Assembly: GCF_963921235.1 (NCBI RefSeq)
Contig: NC_086103.1
Coordinates: 97,030,001-97,094,000, forward strand
DNA from: Mobula hypostoma
Taxonomy: Eukaryota
DNA: 64,000 bases
Direction of reading: 5' to 3'
Position 1 is the first letter of the stretch; every line of letters starts with the position of its first letter. A program made the position numbers and the translations under genes. Below are positions 49,401 to 61,655 of this stretch, piece by piece. A model generated the notes under the pieces. The model was not told where the DNA came from, ran no database searches, and saw only the letters and a list, made by a program, of their open reading frames with translations.

Positions 49401-51380
49401 TGTTAAAATCCCCCACAATTATCTTAACACTGCCCTTCTGACAAGCCTTTTCTATTTCCAGTTGTAATTTGTAGTCCACATCCCTTGGATTTACTTGGAT
49501 TTTCAGATGGCAATTGATAAGGTGCCACACGAGGCTGTTTCACAACATAAAATCCTGCAGCATTACAGGAAAGGTCGTGGCATGGATAGAGGAATGGCTA
49601 ACAGGCAGGAGGCAGCGAGTGGTTGGCTGCCAGTGACTAGTGGTGCTTCACAGGACAGTATGTTTGTCAATGATTTGGATAATGGAACTGATAGTATTGT
49701 GGCAAAGCTTGCAGATGATACAAAGATAGGTGGAGGGGTAGGTAGTGCTGAGGAAGCAATGCAATTGCAGCAGGACTTAAAGTGGCAGATGGAATACAGT
49801 GTTGGGAAATAATATGATACATTTTGGTAAAAGGAACAATAGTGCTATTATCTAAATAGGGAGAAGGTTCAAATATCAGGGGTGCAAAGGAATTTAGGAG
49901 ACCTTGTGCAAGACTCCCAGAAGGTTAAGCCTGTGGTAAAGAAGGAAAATTCAATGTTGGCATTTATTTCAAGGGGAATAGAATATAAATGCTAGGAGAT
50001 AATGTTGAACCTTTAAAGACACTAGTCAGGCCGCACTTGAAGTAACGTCAACAGTTATGGGCCTGGTATCTCAGAAAGGATGTGTTGGTGTTGGAGGAAG
50101 TCCAGAGGAGATTCACAAGGATGATTCCGGGAATGATGGGGTTAATATATGAGGAGTGTTTGTCAGTGTACTCATTGGAATTTAGAAGAATGGGGGGGTA
50201 TCTCATTGAAACCTACTGAATGTTGAAAGGACTAGATAGGGTGGATGTGGAGAGGATGTTTCCTCTTGTCGGGGTACCCAGAACTAGAAGGCACAGCCTC
50301 AAAATTGAGGGGTGACCTTTTAGACAGAGGTAAGAAGGAATTTTTGTAGCCAGAGAGTAGTGAATCTGTGGAACGCTCTGTCACAGACTCTGTTGGAGGC
50401 CAAGTCTGCGGGTATATTTAAGGCGGAAGTTGATTGGTCAGGACATCAAAGGATGTGGCAAAAAGGCAGTTGTGATGGGGTTAAGAGGGATCTGGGATCA
50501 GCCATGAAGGGATGGCGGAGCAGACTTTACGAGCTGAATAGCCTAATTCTGCTCCTATGTCTTATGGTCTTACCCATGACACTACTTCCAATGAGTTATG
50601 GACACCTACTCCCAGATCCTTTTGTTCTACCCCACTCAGTGCCCTACCGTTCACTGCACAAGATCTAGCTTGGTTGCTCCTCTCAAAGTGCAACGTGTCA
50701 CACTTGTCTGCATTAAATTCCATCTGTCATTTTTTAGGCTGGTCCAGATTCCGTTGCAAACTCTGATTGTCTTCCTCGCTGTCCACTGCATCCCCAATTT
50801 TGGTGTAATCTGCAAATTTGCTGATCCACATTGTCATCTATATCAATGATCTGGATGATAAATAACAACGGACCCAGGACTGACCCCCGCAGCACTCTAC
50901 TAATCACAGGCCTCCAGTCAGAGAGGCAACCATCTGCTACCATGTTCTCCCACAAAGCCAATGTCTTTTCCAATCTACTTCCTCATCTTGAATGCTGAGC
51001 AACTGAGCCTTCTTGACCAAACTCGCTTGTGGGACCTTGTTAAGTGCCGTGCTGAAGTTCAGGTCAACACTATCCACTGCCTTGCCTTCATCAACTTTCC
51101 TGGTAATTTCCTCAAAAAACTCTAAGATTGGTTGGACACAACCTACCACACACAAAGCCATGCCGCCTATTTCTACTCAGTCCCTCTCTGTCCCAATACT
51201 CATACCTGGTCTCTTAGAATACCTTCCAATAACCTTTCCGTTGATGGCAGCCACAGCAGACTATAGTTTCCTGGTTTATGTTTACAGCCTTTCTTAAACA
51301 GTGGAACAACATTTGCTATTCCAAACCTCTGGTACCTCACCTGTCACTGAGGATTTCTGCACGTGCCTCCCACAGGATCC
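46430..51380. mobile_element. Three nested CR1 LINEs: outer minus-strand copy (46430-46735 and 50575-51380), middle plus-strand copy (46736-46931 and 49485-50575), inner young copy
   Basis: The outer pieces are collinear with 13853-15112. The middle copy breaks at GCAGTGGATGCCACTTA and resumes TTTACTTGGATTTTCAG (AVD..YLDFQ). Confidence 0.8.
46932..49484 (-). mobile_element. Young 5'-truncated CR1 LINE with uninterrupted ORF2 (APE C-terminal half + RT)
   Basis: The 833-aa ORF 47029-49530 has GDFN, GSDHN, KSPGPDG, NYRPVSL, YLDFQKAFDKVPH, SGVPQG and FADN. It ends in a (TCTTATGG)n tail. The first ~15 codons derive from the flanking element. Confidence 0.96.
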
Positions 51381-51919
51381 TTGTAACTCATTTCTTGAAC
51401 TTATTCGTTTTTAAGCATGAAATGCATTGGAGACAGTCAGCACATTAATTAGTATCAGTGGAAAGGAACTGAACTGGTAAAGTGAGAAAACAAGTGATCA
51501 GATTTAAATTCAGACACGCTGATGAAGGTTGGATTGGACAAGGTTTCTCTTGTCCTATCCTGCTTGTATCAATAAGCAAGTCAGATTGTGCGATGAAAGG
51601 CAACTAACTGGAACTGTTCTGTTGAAGGGCCTTCAAAACAGGGTGTTAACCTTGTTTATCTTTTTACATATTAAAGATCATTTAAGTGATTCCAGTATTT
51701 TTGATTTTTTTTTGCTTAAGGTTTCCTGTACATTCAGTAGTTTCATTTTCATCGCGTATAACTATTCATTTTATTGTAACGTTGTACAATTACCACTACA
51801 AACAAACTTGGATTTGTTTTTATAGCATAATTATCGCACAATCGGCATCTTAGATCTTGAAGAATATACAAGACTCAATGAGAAGACAAATTGATTTCCT
51901 GTCTTTATAAACAATACCC

Positions 51920-52680
51920 CAAACTACCCAGAGACCTAAAACGCCCTTCTAGGTCAGGCAAAGGTTTAAATGCACCTCACCCAACCTCACCTACTGCATT
52001 CAGTGCTCTGTATAGAGAAGAGGCCACATTCATTTATTTATTCAGAATATGAGGGAGACCATTGTGGAGTAAGTGAATGGGTTACACCATTACTCTGTTC
52101 TCATTGCCCATGCTGACCTCCTGGCTCATGCCATTGCAACTCCACACCAACCCGCCTGAGCTCAGCATTCTCCACTGTAAGGTGAGGCCAGACAGAAACC
52201 AGAATAACAGCCAAATGGTATAAACATTGAATTTGCAGTCTCAGGTAGCTCACACCCCTTATATTCCATTCTCTCTCATGATGCACACAGGCTCTCCTTC
52301 CTACCATCTGCCTATTACTCACACACGAATGCTGAGTCACATATCCTCTCTCACAACTTGTTCCATCAGCCCAGTATTCCAAACTTATCACCTTTTAACC
52401 TGCCTCTGTGCTGCATTTCTGATTCCCCACCCAACTCCATCTGACCATTTTACCCCTTCTCTTCTTTTGTCACTATCTGTCACCCACCAGCAGCTGTCCC
52501 TCACCATTTACCCGTCCTCCCCAGCTCACCTAACGCCTGCCAGTACCTACTTTACCTCTTCACACCATTTAACTCCACTCTGTACTCGCAGCCCTTATGC
52601 AGGATTTCACTATAGACATCGAATTTTCCTTTCCACAAATGCTGCTTAACATACTGAGTTCTTTCAACTGTTATTTTTAA
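51920..52680 (+). mobile_element. Degenerate PLE 3' fragment
   Basis: CTACTGCATTCAGTGCTC (YCI.CS) remnant, pyrimidine-rich 3' UTR and a PLE-like end (GCTGCTTAACATACTGAGTTC). Confidence 0.55.
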
Positions 52681-52949
52681 CTCCAAACTCTGATTTACCA
52701 GACAAAGTAGTCTACTTATTTACACTCTTACCTCACAACTGTTGTCAGATAGGTATCTTCTTAAATAGTTTATATTAAATACTAAAATCTGACAAATAAC
52801 TTCACAGAACATGCCATTTTTCAATCACAGCAAAAGATAGTAAATATGCAGCCTTAAATCTAAAATCTAACACAACCATCCACAATTTTGCAGCCTTTTC
52901 CCTTTATTTTAAAACGCATGGAAGCGTTTATAATGGGCACATACAAACG

Positions 52950-53530
52950 TTTGTACAAGCATCCGCAGATACCTATTTCCTACCGGGGACCTGAACGTCT
53001 GCGACCGCGGTAGGAAGCGAAGCGGAGAGGAGCCGTACCGACCGCACGGCCTCGGCCGTCTCCAACCTCATCCTGCCGCAGTCCCGGGCCCCCTGGATGA
53101 AGGGGGAGGGGGGAAGAAGCAGCAGTAAATCGCCAACATGTAGGTTGTCCTCACACACAAAGCGACCAACAGACGTCAGTGCCCAGAGGCCTCAAACACT
53201 CACCGTCTCCATCTTTGTGGGCGAAATAAAATACCGGACGTGACAACACCAACGTCTCTGCCACAGCATCCGGTCTTCCACAATGCAACGCGACGTTCAC
53301 GGAAGTCAGAGCGAGACCAGCCTGATCTCCGATTCGTACTTCCTGCTCCTGTCAGGTCGAGTTCTATGCTTCCCAATCCTTACTTTGCTTTTCGTAAAAC
53401 GTTTGAACTACTTGCCTGCTCTTTGCTTCCCGCTTGCAGTATGAGAGTCCTTTTTTTTGAAAAAAATCTGCTGTACCGTCTTGACTACGGTTTTGAAGAT
53501 TGGACTTCGAGACGAAATCACTGTTAGATT
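52950..53530. promoter_or_regulatory. CpG-rich bidirectional promoter shared by ABHD13 (-) and LIG4 (+)
   Basis: Local CpG enrichment in an otherwise CpG-poor window. CRE-like GACGTCA (53172), YY1-like CCATCTT (53209), ETS/GABP CGGAAGT (53300) and ACTTCCTG (53338). Minus-strand donors ACG|GTGAGT (exon end 53204) and CCG|GTAGGA (52984); plus-strand donor TAG|GTAAGT (exon end 53585). Confidence 0.8.
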
Positions 53531-53611
53531 GCTAACACTTGAAGGGAACATACATTAACTATTTTTTGGTGGGCAGCTTTTTTAGGTAAGTCTGGTACAA
53601 AATCCATTCAG

Positions 53612-53815
53612 CGTATTGTCTCGCCGTTCCTTTATTGTCGCTGGGTCAAAATCATGGAATTTCCTCCCTAACAGCTCTGTGGGTGTATCTACACCTCAGG
53701 GACTGCCGCGGTTCAAGAAGTCAGCTCATCACCCCTTCTCAAGTACAACTAAGCGTGGGCAATAAAAGCTAGCTTAGCTGGCGACGCCCACATCTCGTAA
53801 CTGAATAAATTTTTA
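53612..53815 (+). mobile_element. LINE 3' end (L2/CR1 group) in the putative LIG4 5'-UTR intron
   Basis: GGTTCAAGAAGTCAGCTCATCACCCCTTCTCAAG...GGGCAATAAA...GCGACGCCCACATC, similar to 20590-20690. Confidence 0.6.
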
Positions 53816-54230
53816 AAACATGTACAAACACTCAAAGATTCTTTTAAACCATTTTACCTCAGCAGAATTCCATTAGTTCATTACGCTGGTACTCAACGTC
53901 AAAACACCCATTTGTTCTCGCCATATGTATTCAATGTACTGGTTAGTGACAATAGCATGCAGTAATATTGGGTGTTGCGTGAAATTGTTTTGAGATCTTT
54001 GTTTAAAATGTGTGTTCTTCATTCAGTAGTACTTATGCATAAGATATATATAAGTAGTACTGTATAAAGAGCATCTTTTAAATCTTGTCAGTAATTAATA
54101 TTTGCTTTTATTTCTTTCAAGATGTGTAGTGTAGCACAACCAAATCAATAATCAATAACCAATTTTCTACCTGAAGACACTTTAGCCTCTGAGTTGACAG
54201 AATTAAACAATCATGCCTGATTGTCGATCC

Positions 54231-54310
54231 TAAAGGTTCCCAGTCTGGGGTCCATTGACCCCTCCGTTAATGGTAAAGCTCATTGGCATAATACAGGTTA
54301 GGAACCCCTG
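54231..54310. mobile_element. ~80-bp hAT-like MITE remnant
   Basis: AAGGTTCCCAGTCTG...CAGGTTAGGAACCCCTG, the reverse-orientation relative of 30527-30606. Confidence 0.5.
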
Positions 54311-54689
54311 CACTATCCCAATACTATATTCCTGCTCTTTCCTGAGGCCTTTTGTGTCCTGAACCCTCAAGTATATTCATTTTGTCCTTCACCATTTTCT
54401 GTGGTCCAGAAATCACCTTATGACAGTTCCTGCATGGAACAATCCTTCGTACTAGACCATCCTCTCTATCCTGTCCTCTTTCCTAACCCTCCACCGTTCA
54501 GACGAGTGAAAGAATTCCTTTTCACTCCACTAGTCAGTACATCCAACAAGCAAAATTCTTCATTACTTATGGCAATATTGCTGCCACTCTCATCTTACCC
54601 TCAACCCACTTGCTGAGAAGGACTCTCCCCCTGTGGCTCTTGAGTTCACTCATTGCTTCTCCAATTCAGCCCAGCCCAGCCCATCCTCA

Positions 54690-55290
54690 GGCACTTTCCC
54701 TCTTCACCTTTAAAAGTGAACACCTACCTGTCCCTCGGTTCCACCACATCGCCCTTCCAAATGAGGCAAAGATTAACACGCACCTCTTCCAATCTAGTTT
54801 ACTGCATTCGCTGCTCCCAATGTGGCCTCCTCCACATTGGTGAAACCAAGCATAGACAAGGCAAATGTTGTCTCCGAGCTACTGGTTGCATGTCATTTCA
54901 ATTCTCCACTCCCTCTGACCTCTCTGACCTTGGTCTTCTCAATTGCTATGGAAAGGTGATAGGAAAGTTGGAAGAACACCTTCCACTACAGCTGTATGGT
55001 ATGCACATATAAATATATTTAATTTAAGGTAATTTGCACCTCATGTTCTGTCACTGTCACTCTTTCACACTCACTCCTCACTCATACACACTCATCAACC
55101 TGGATTTTTTCTATCCTTGGTCACTTTTCCTCTCTCCTCATGTCCCCCATGGTGCAATCTGTCCATCATTAAACACCTCCCCCACCCCCACCCCGTCCCA
55201 AGATAGTTCCACTCATCATCTATGGGCCCCTGTCCAGCCCTCTCTCATGTATCTATATACTTGGAAGCTTTCTTCTTCCCTCTTGAAAGG
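54690..55290 (+). mobile_element. Degenerate PLE fragment (GIY-YIG)
   Basis: FQMRQRLTRTSSNLVYCIRCSQCGLLHIGETKHR in ORF 54653-55012. Confidence 0.8.
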
Positions 55291-55833
55291 TGATTAAGGG
55301 GAAAAAGAAGTATGGAGGAGGGAGGATATTCTAAATTGTACCATCTGAAAGAAACGTCAGAAATACTGGAAGGTGCAATCTGTGCAGCTATTCCATCAGG
55401 ACTGGAAGCAGGAAAAGCTCGTGGTACTGATAACCCAGCATCATTGTCTGCATGTCCAAATGTCATGCATGACATCAGATTGATTATTTTACCAGTCACA
55501 TTATTTATAGAAAACCGGTATAAAGTTTTGCTGAAGTCTTTGTTTATGCCATTGATAGATTGGGAAACCACATCTAGTGGTAAAAAGATGTATCTGCAAT
55601 GTAACTCATGGGTATTTTCCCAGCATTTGTTCTCTGGGTCATGAATTTATGATGTTCAGATGGGGAGCCCATGACAGCAGGAAACCGAATATAAATGAAT
55701 TTAAAACCAGAGTGTTAAATCAGATTTTTCTGTGCTTTTTCACTTTGTCTTAAAAGTGAAATGATTATCAACCAGTACGTTTTGAACTTTCAGATTACAC
55801 ATCTTCGAGTGCAGTATTTTGTCCAAATTGATC

Positions 55834-58572
55834 ATGTCTGCAGCATCTGTGTCGCACAGTTCACCAGTAAAAACTGTGGCTTCTGAAGTTCCCTTCAGTG
55901 ACCTCTGTTCAACTTTGGAAAACATACAGAAAACTAAATCCAGACCGGAAAAAAACAGGTATTTCAAAGACTTCCTGGATTCATGGAGAAAATTTCATAA
56001 TGCTCTTCATAAGAATGATTTAGACACCACTGATTCTTTCTACCCAGCACTCCGCCTGATACTTCCTCAACTTGAGAGGGAGAGGATGGCATATGGCATT
56101 AAAGAAACAATGCTCGCAAAACTTTACATTGAAGTTCTTGGTTTGCCAAAAGAGGGAAAAGATGCTCTGAAACTCTTGAATTATCGAGCTCCAACAACCT
56201 CATATGGAGAGGCAGGTGATTTTGCTGTGATTGCATATTTTGTTCTGAAACAGAGGTGTCCAAATAAAGGCTCGTTGACTATTTGTGGGGTAAATGAACA
56301 TCTGGACTCCATTGCACTTAATAATGCTGTCAAGAGGAAAGATTTAGTCAAAAAGAGCCTGTTGCATTTAATCTGTCAGAGTTCTGCATTGGAACAAAAG
56401 TGGCTTATTCGTATGATCCTGAAAGACATGAAGTTAGGCATCAGTCAACAAACTATACTTCAGTTATTCCATCCAGATGCTGCAGAGCTTTATAGCGTGA
56501 CAACAGATTTGGAAAAAGTTTGCAGACAGCTCCATGATCCCAGTGTATCCCTCAGTGATGTCTCCATCATGTTGTTTTCTGCTTTTAAGCCAATGCTTGC
56601 TGGTGTTGCTAATATGAAAAACATTGAAAAGTTAATGCACAATCAGAGTTTTTACCTAGAAACTAAATTAGATGGGGAGCGTATGCAGCTTCACAAAGAT
56701 GGAGATATTTACAAATATTTTTCACGTAATAGCTATGATTACAGCCAACAGTTTGGTGCTTCACCATTACAAGGATCTCTCACACCATTTATTCACAATA
56801 CCTTCAAGAGCACAGTGCAAAATTGCATCCTTGATGGAGAAATGATGGCCTACAACCCAGTTACCAAAACCTTTATGCAGAAAGGAAACAAATTTGATAT
56901 CAAAAGAATGGTGGAGGATTCAGAATTACAAACTTGTTTCTGTGTATTTGATGTGCTAATGGTAAATAATCAGAAAATGGCAAATGAAACTCTCAGGAAA
57001 AGACATGAAATCCTTCAGACTATCTTCACATCAGTGCCAGGTCATTTTCAGGTTGTGGAAAAAACAGAAATAAAAACAAAAAAAGATGTTGCTGATGCCT
57101 TGAATGATGCCATAGATAAACGGGAAGAAGGAATCATGATAAAGGATCCTTTATCTGTTTATAAACCAGATAAACGTGGTGAAGGCTGGTTGAAAATTAA
57201 ACCAGAATATGTTGATGGATTGATGGATGAGCTTGACATCTTGATTGTTGGAGGTTACTTTGGTAAAGGTCATCGGGGTGGAATGGTGTCTCATTTTCTG
57301 TGTGCTGTTGCAGAAGATCCTTCAGCTGGTGAGAAGCCATCAGTCTTTCACTCAGTTTGCCGTGTAGGCTCTGGATACACAATGAAAGAACTGTACGACC
57401 TGGGGCTGAAATTAGCTAATCACTGGAAACCTTACCAGAAAAAAGATCCTCCTGCAAATATCCTGTGTGGTACTGAAAAACCAGAGGTCTATATCGAGCC
57501 CTGCAATTCGGTCATTCTGCAAATTAAGGCAGCTGAAATTGTAAACAGTGATGCGTATAAAACAGGTTGTACGTTGCGTTTTCCACGAATTGAGAAGATC
57601 AGAGATGATAAACACTGGTATGAGTGCCTGACCTTGCATGATCTGAGTCAACTGCACAAAAAAGCATCAGGGAAACTTGCATCCAAACATGTAGACCTAA
57701 ATGATGATGAGCCAGAGAAGAAGAAGCGTAAAGTTTTGACAAAAGTCAAAAAATTGATTGGTATCGCAGAACAGTTTAAGGCCCAAGATCTATCCAATAT
57801 CAGCAAAGTTTCTAATATTTTTGAAAATGTTGAATTTTGTGTCTTAAATGGTCTTGACCATTATCCTAAAGCTGATCTGGAAAAGGGAATAGCTGAATGT
57901 GGAGGATTAGTTGTACAGAATCCTGGACCTGATACTTACTGCGTCATTGTGGGCACTGTCAATATCCGTGTCAAAAACCTAGTCACTGCTAATGAGCATG
58001 ATATTGTGAAAGCTGACTGGTTGGTTGATTGTTTGAAAAAGAAACACTTTCTACCCTGGCAACCTCAGTTTATGATTCATATGTCACCTTCAACAGAAGA
58101 ACATTTTGCTCAAGAATATGATAGCTACGGTGACAGCTATTATGCTGATGTTGATAAAACCCAGCTGCAAGAAGTTTTCAAAAGAATGAATAAACCAGTA
58201 AAGGAATTGCCCTTCTCATCTATTGCTGACCTGGAGCATCAGTACTTCTGGGACAAATCACCTCTAAGTATGTTCAGAGGCTGCATAATTTATATTGACT
58301 TCTACAGCAGAATTGGTGACTCCAGTACATGGATACGCAACACAAGCTTAGATCTGAGGGTCTTGGAGCTGCGTTTTCATGGCGCGAAGTGTGTCACGAG
58401 ACTGCATGAAGGTATCTCCCATGTCATTATTGGTATTGATAAACAACGTCTCTCAGAACTGAAATTGCTCAGGAGAACATTTGAAAGGAAATTCAAAATT
58501 GTGATGGAATCATGGGTATCTGATTCACTGAAAGCTGGGTGTATGCAAGATGAAAAAGTTTACTTACTTTAG
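55834..58572 (+). CDS. LIG4: DNA ligase 4 (NHEJ / V(D)J ligase), single coding exon, 912 aa
   Basis: First ATG at 55834 (the ORF track starts at an upstream TTG). Contains adenylation motif [43 protein letters not shown], a basic NLS (PEKKKRK) and two C-terminal BRCT domains. Acceptor TTTGAACTTTCAG| at 55793. Confidence 0.98.
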   Translation: MSAASVSHSSPVKTVASEVPFSDLCSTLENIQKTKSRPEKNRYFKDFLDSWRKFHNALHKNDLDTTDSFYPALRLILPQLERERMAYGIKETMLAKLYIEVLGLPKEGKDALKLLNYRAPTTSYGEAGDFAVIAYFVLKQRCPNKGSLTICGVNEHLDSIALNNAVKRKDLVKKSLLHLICQSSALEQKWLIRMILKDMKLGISQQTILQLFHPDAAELYSVTTDLEKVCRQLHDPSVSLSDVSIMLFSAFKPMLAGVANMKNIEKLMHNQSFYLETKLDGERMQLHKDGDIYKYFSRNSYDYSQQFGASPLQGSLTPFIHNTFKSTVQNCILDGEMMAYNPVTKTFMQKGNKFDIKRMVEDSELQTCFCVFDVLMVNNQKMANETLRKRHEILQTIFTSVPGHFQVVEKTEIKTKKDVADALNDAIDKREEGIMIKDPLSVYKPDKRGEGWLKIKPEYVDGLMDELDILIVGGYFGKGHRGGMVSHFLCAVAEDPSAGEKPSVFHSVCRVGSGYTMKELYDLGLKLANHWKPYQKKDPPANILCGTEKPEVYIEPCNSVILQIKAAEIVNSDAYKTGCTLRFPRIEKIRDDKHWYECLTLHDLSQLHKKASGKLASKHVDLNDDEPEKKKRKVLTKVKKLIGIAEQFKAQDLSNISKVSNIFENVEFCVLNGLDHYPKADLEKGIAECGGLVVQNPGPDTYCVIVGTVNIRVKNLVTANEHDIVKADWLVDCLKKKHFLPWQPQFMIHMSPSTEEHFAQEYDSYGDSYYADVDKTQLQEVFKRMNKPVKELPFSSIADLEHQYFWDKSPLSMFRGCIIYIDFYSRIGDSSTWIRNTSLDLRVLELRFHGAKCVTRLHEGISHVIIGIDKQRLSELKLLRRTFERKFKIVMESWVSDSLKAGCMQDEKVYLL

Positions 58573-58779
58573 AACATAGCTAAAAATCATTGAAAAATGA
58601 GTAAGAACAGGCAATTCTTAGAGGGCAATGTAGAGCTGTGCAGTCATTACGTTCACCAACTGCAAAATAGTGTCTGAATCTGTTATATAAATGAATATTT
58701 TGCTCCTAGCTCGTTGTCTTTAATTCCAGGTAAAGATTACTAACAGTCCTTATTTACAAAACTGAGGTTTTTCTGAAGA

Positions 58780-58785
58780 AATAAA
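58780..58785 (+). terminator. Candidate LIG4 polyadenylation signal (AATAAA)
   Basis: First canonical hexamer after the stop codon. Alternatives exist (ATTAAA at 58819 and 58862; AATAAA at 59291). Confidence 0.35.
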
Positions 58786-59699
58786 ACTATAATGCACACC
58801 ACGATATGATACTATGCAATTAAACAACTGGTATGCTGGTTGTTTCATCTTAATGTGTTTAATTAAAACCAACTCTTTAAATTTTCTATTTTTAAACTAA
58901 AGCATTATAAATCTTAGCCACAAGGAAGATCAACTTGGGAGTGCAATAGCAAAGAGTGTTTTTGTTGTACGTGCGATGTTCTCTTAGAGAACAGGTAATG
59001 CAACATTTTTTAAACCTTAACATGCCGGCTGTTAAGCTGTTGGTGTATGAGCCTGTTGTTTAGTTTGACTGCTGTAAAAGGAAGTATGTACTTTTTTACC
59101 ATGTAGACACCTTTAATGAGGATTATTGTCAACATCTAAAATATGACTGTCCTTGGTATTGGAATTGATATTTAATTAACTGAGAAGTTATTTTACACTG
59201 ATAATAACATCCCAAGCTGATGATGAACCAAGCAAATCAACAACATTGTAGACAAAAAGTAACAAACAAATGTTATCAAGACTTAAGGTAAATAAACCAA
59301 GCAAAGGTTGTAAGGTATTAAGATCGTAGGTTTGAATATAATTCCAAAAGAAAGTGGATAGTAAGAAACTGGAGGAGATAGTGTAACTTTACATAAAACA
59401 CTCCATTCTAGTTGAAGTCATTTTAGTGTAGAATCATGAAAGGAAATTCACAAATATGTTAGCTTTTATTATCTAAGTGTAATGCAAGTAGTGAAATAGC
59501 AACAGTTATTCCTAATGTGCTGTTTTGATTCAACATTTTCTGAAACAATCGATGTCCAACAGGATGCTGGACTGGGCCAAAGGAAACATGGATCAGATTA
59601 TCTACCATGTAACAGGCAAATCTCATCTTCTGTTTATCCCTCAGCCAATTACCTGCTCAGATACCTCATCATTGCTACCTACTGTGGCAACTAATTGCA

Positions 59700-61400
59700 G
59701 AAACCACCTTTGAAAAATTTGGCCCTCGGGTTGCCTTAAAACTTACCCCCTCTCATCTTAATTCTATGCCCTCTGTTTTAGACATTCCAACCATGGGATA
59801 CAGACAGAACATAGAATAGTAGTGCCCTGGACAGGTTATTCTGTCCACTATATTGTGCTTATTTTGATGCCACGTTATATTAAATCATCTACATCCCTCT
59901 ATTCCCTTAATATTCATGTTTTTAATCAAAAGCCTCTTAAACTCCACAAGATTCTCTGATTTCACTAGAACCTCAGAAACCCATTTCAGGTTCATACCAA
60001 TCTCCATTTTTTTAAACTTGCCCCTCCCCCCCCCCCAGCTTAAAACACAAACTTCGGTGTTTGATATTACCATGTGGAAACAATTCCTACTCTACCCAAT
60101 CCATGCTTATAATCTTAAAAACCTGTATCAGGTCTCACCTTAGCCTCGAATGTGCTAGGGAGAACAGCCTAAGTTTGTCTAATCTTTCCTTATAGCGTTT
60201 ACCTTCTAATACTGGTGACCTGCACCTTCTCCACAGCCCCTACATCCTTCCTGCATGTAGTACTCCGAGTGTTCAAGCACGTCCTCCAACTGTGTTGGTC
60301 TTGGGCACAAACAACACAATTTGCTGTATGATGGGATGTGCATGTGACAAATAAAGCTATTTTTTAAGTGTAGTCTGATTAAAGTTTTGTATATTGTATC
60401 TGCAGCACGATTTCCTTACTCTTATTTTCAACGCTAGCATGCGATATGCATTCTTTACCACCTAATCCTTTCATAGCCACTTTCAGTCAACTGGGGACTT
60501 GAACACAAACATCGTTCTGTGCTAAAATGCTATTTAGGGTCTACCTTTAACTAAATACTTCCCACTTCCATTTGACCTCCCTACGTGCAATACGACACAC
60601 TTGGCAAGATTAAACCCCATCTTCCACTACTCTAGCCATGTCTGTAACTGATCTGGATCCTACCGTATTCTTTACACAGTCCAGAACTCCTCCAGTCTTG
60701 GTCTCATCCACTCAACTGCATTTTCATCCATGTGATTGACATATATCACACAACAGGTGTCCCATTATCAATCCTAGTGGAGCACCACTGGTCACAGACT
60801 TCCAGTGAGAATAACAGCCTTCCAACTCTTCTCCCTGTCTTCTGAATCCAAACTTGCAATTGATCCTTAATCCCATTCATCTTTACCTTCTGAATGACCT
60901 TACCATGAGGGACATTATCAATGCCTTACTAAAGTCCATGTAGCTAACATCTACTGTCTTACCCTCATCAAGCTCCTTTGTCATCAAAAAACTCGATCAG
61001 ATTTGTTAGATGCTGACTTTCCTTTCAACTCAAGTCTTCTAAACCAGACAACATCCTTGTAAATCTTTTCTTCACCCTCCCTAGCTTTTCATATCATTCC
61101 AGTAGTGTGGGGATCAGAATTGCACACAGTATTCTCAGAATGGCCTGACTGAAATATTGTACAACTAACATGACATTGTGCTGAATTCCTTGGCTAATAA
61201 AGGAAGGCATGCTATATGCCTGCTTTCAGTATCTTAACTTTTTCAGGGAACTATGTTCTTGTCTTTCTATGCAATAATATTCCCTGGGGCCTGCCATTCA
61301 CTGTGTATGCTCTGAGCTGGTTTAGCTTTCCAAAATACTTACAATACATATTTGTTTGTGCTGAATTCCATTGCGCAATTTCCAATTTCATCAGTATCTT
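59700..61400 (-). mobile_element. Cluster of degenerate CR1 3' fragments
   Basis: Reverse-complement CR1 landmarks GCACCACTGGTCACAG, GCCTTACTAAAGTCCATGTAG and CAGAATTGCACACAGTATTC. Confidence 0.7.
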
Positions 61401-61419
61401 GCTATAACCTTAACCTTCT

Positions 61420-61655
61420 GTACTGTCCACTCCCCCTATTCTTTCTTCCATGGCCTTCTGTCCATTCCTATCAGACTCTCCCTTCTCCAGCCCTGTATCT
61501 CTTTCACCAATCAACCTCCCAGCTCTTTACTTCATTCTTCCCCTCCCGGTTTCACCCATCACCTTGTGTTTCTTTCTCCCCTCCCCCAGCTTTTAAATCT
61601 ACTCCTCATCTTTTTTAATCCAGTCTCGCCAAAGGGTCTTGACTCAAAACACAGC
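61420..61655 (+). mobile_element. PLE 3' UTR fragment
   Basis: CCTTCTCCAGCCCTGTATCTCTTTCACCAATC...CCAGTCTCGCCAAAGGGTCTTGACTCAAAAC, similar to 23690-23870. Confidence 0.6.

Noticed and set aside
52973-53527. Short ORFs in the CpG island
   Set aside because: Expected by chance in GC-rich promoter DNA. They cannot be spliced in frame to ABHD13 through the donors examined.
55245-55644. Overlapping ~110-aa ORFs just upstream of LIG4
   Set aside because: No recognisable homology, and they lie in the putative 5'-UTR intron next to PLE debris.
55819-55833. LIG4 start at 55819
   Set aside because: This is a TTG codon. The ATG at 55834 gives the length expected for LIG4.
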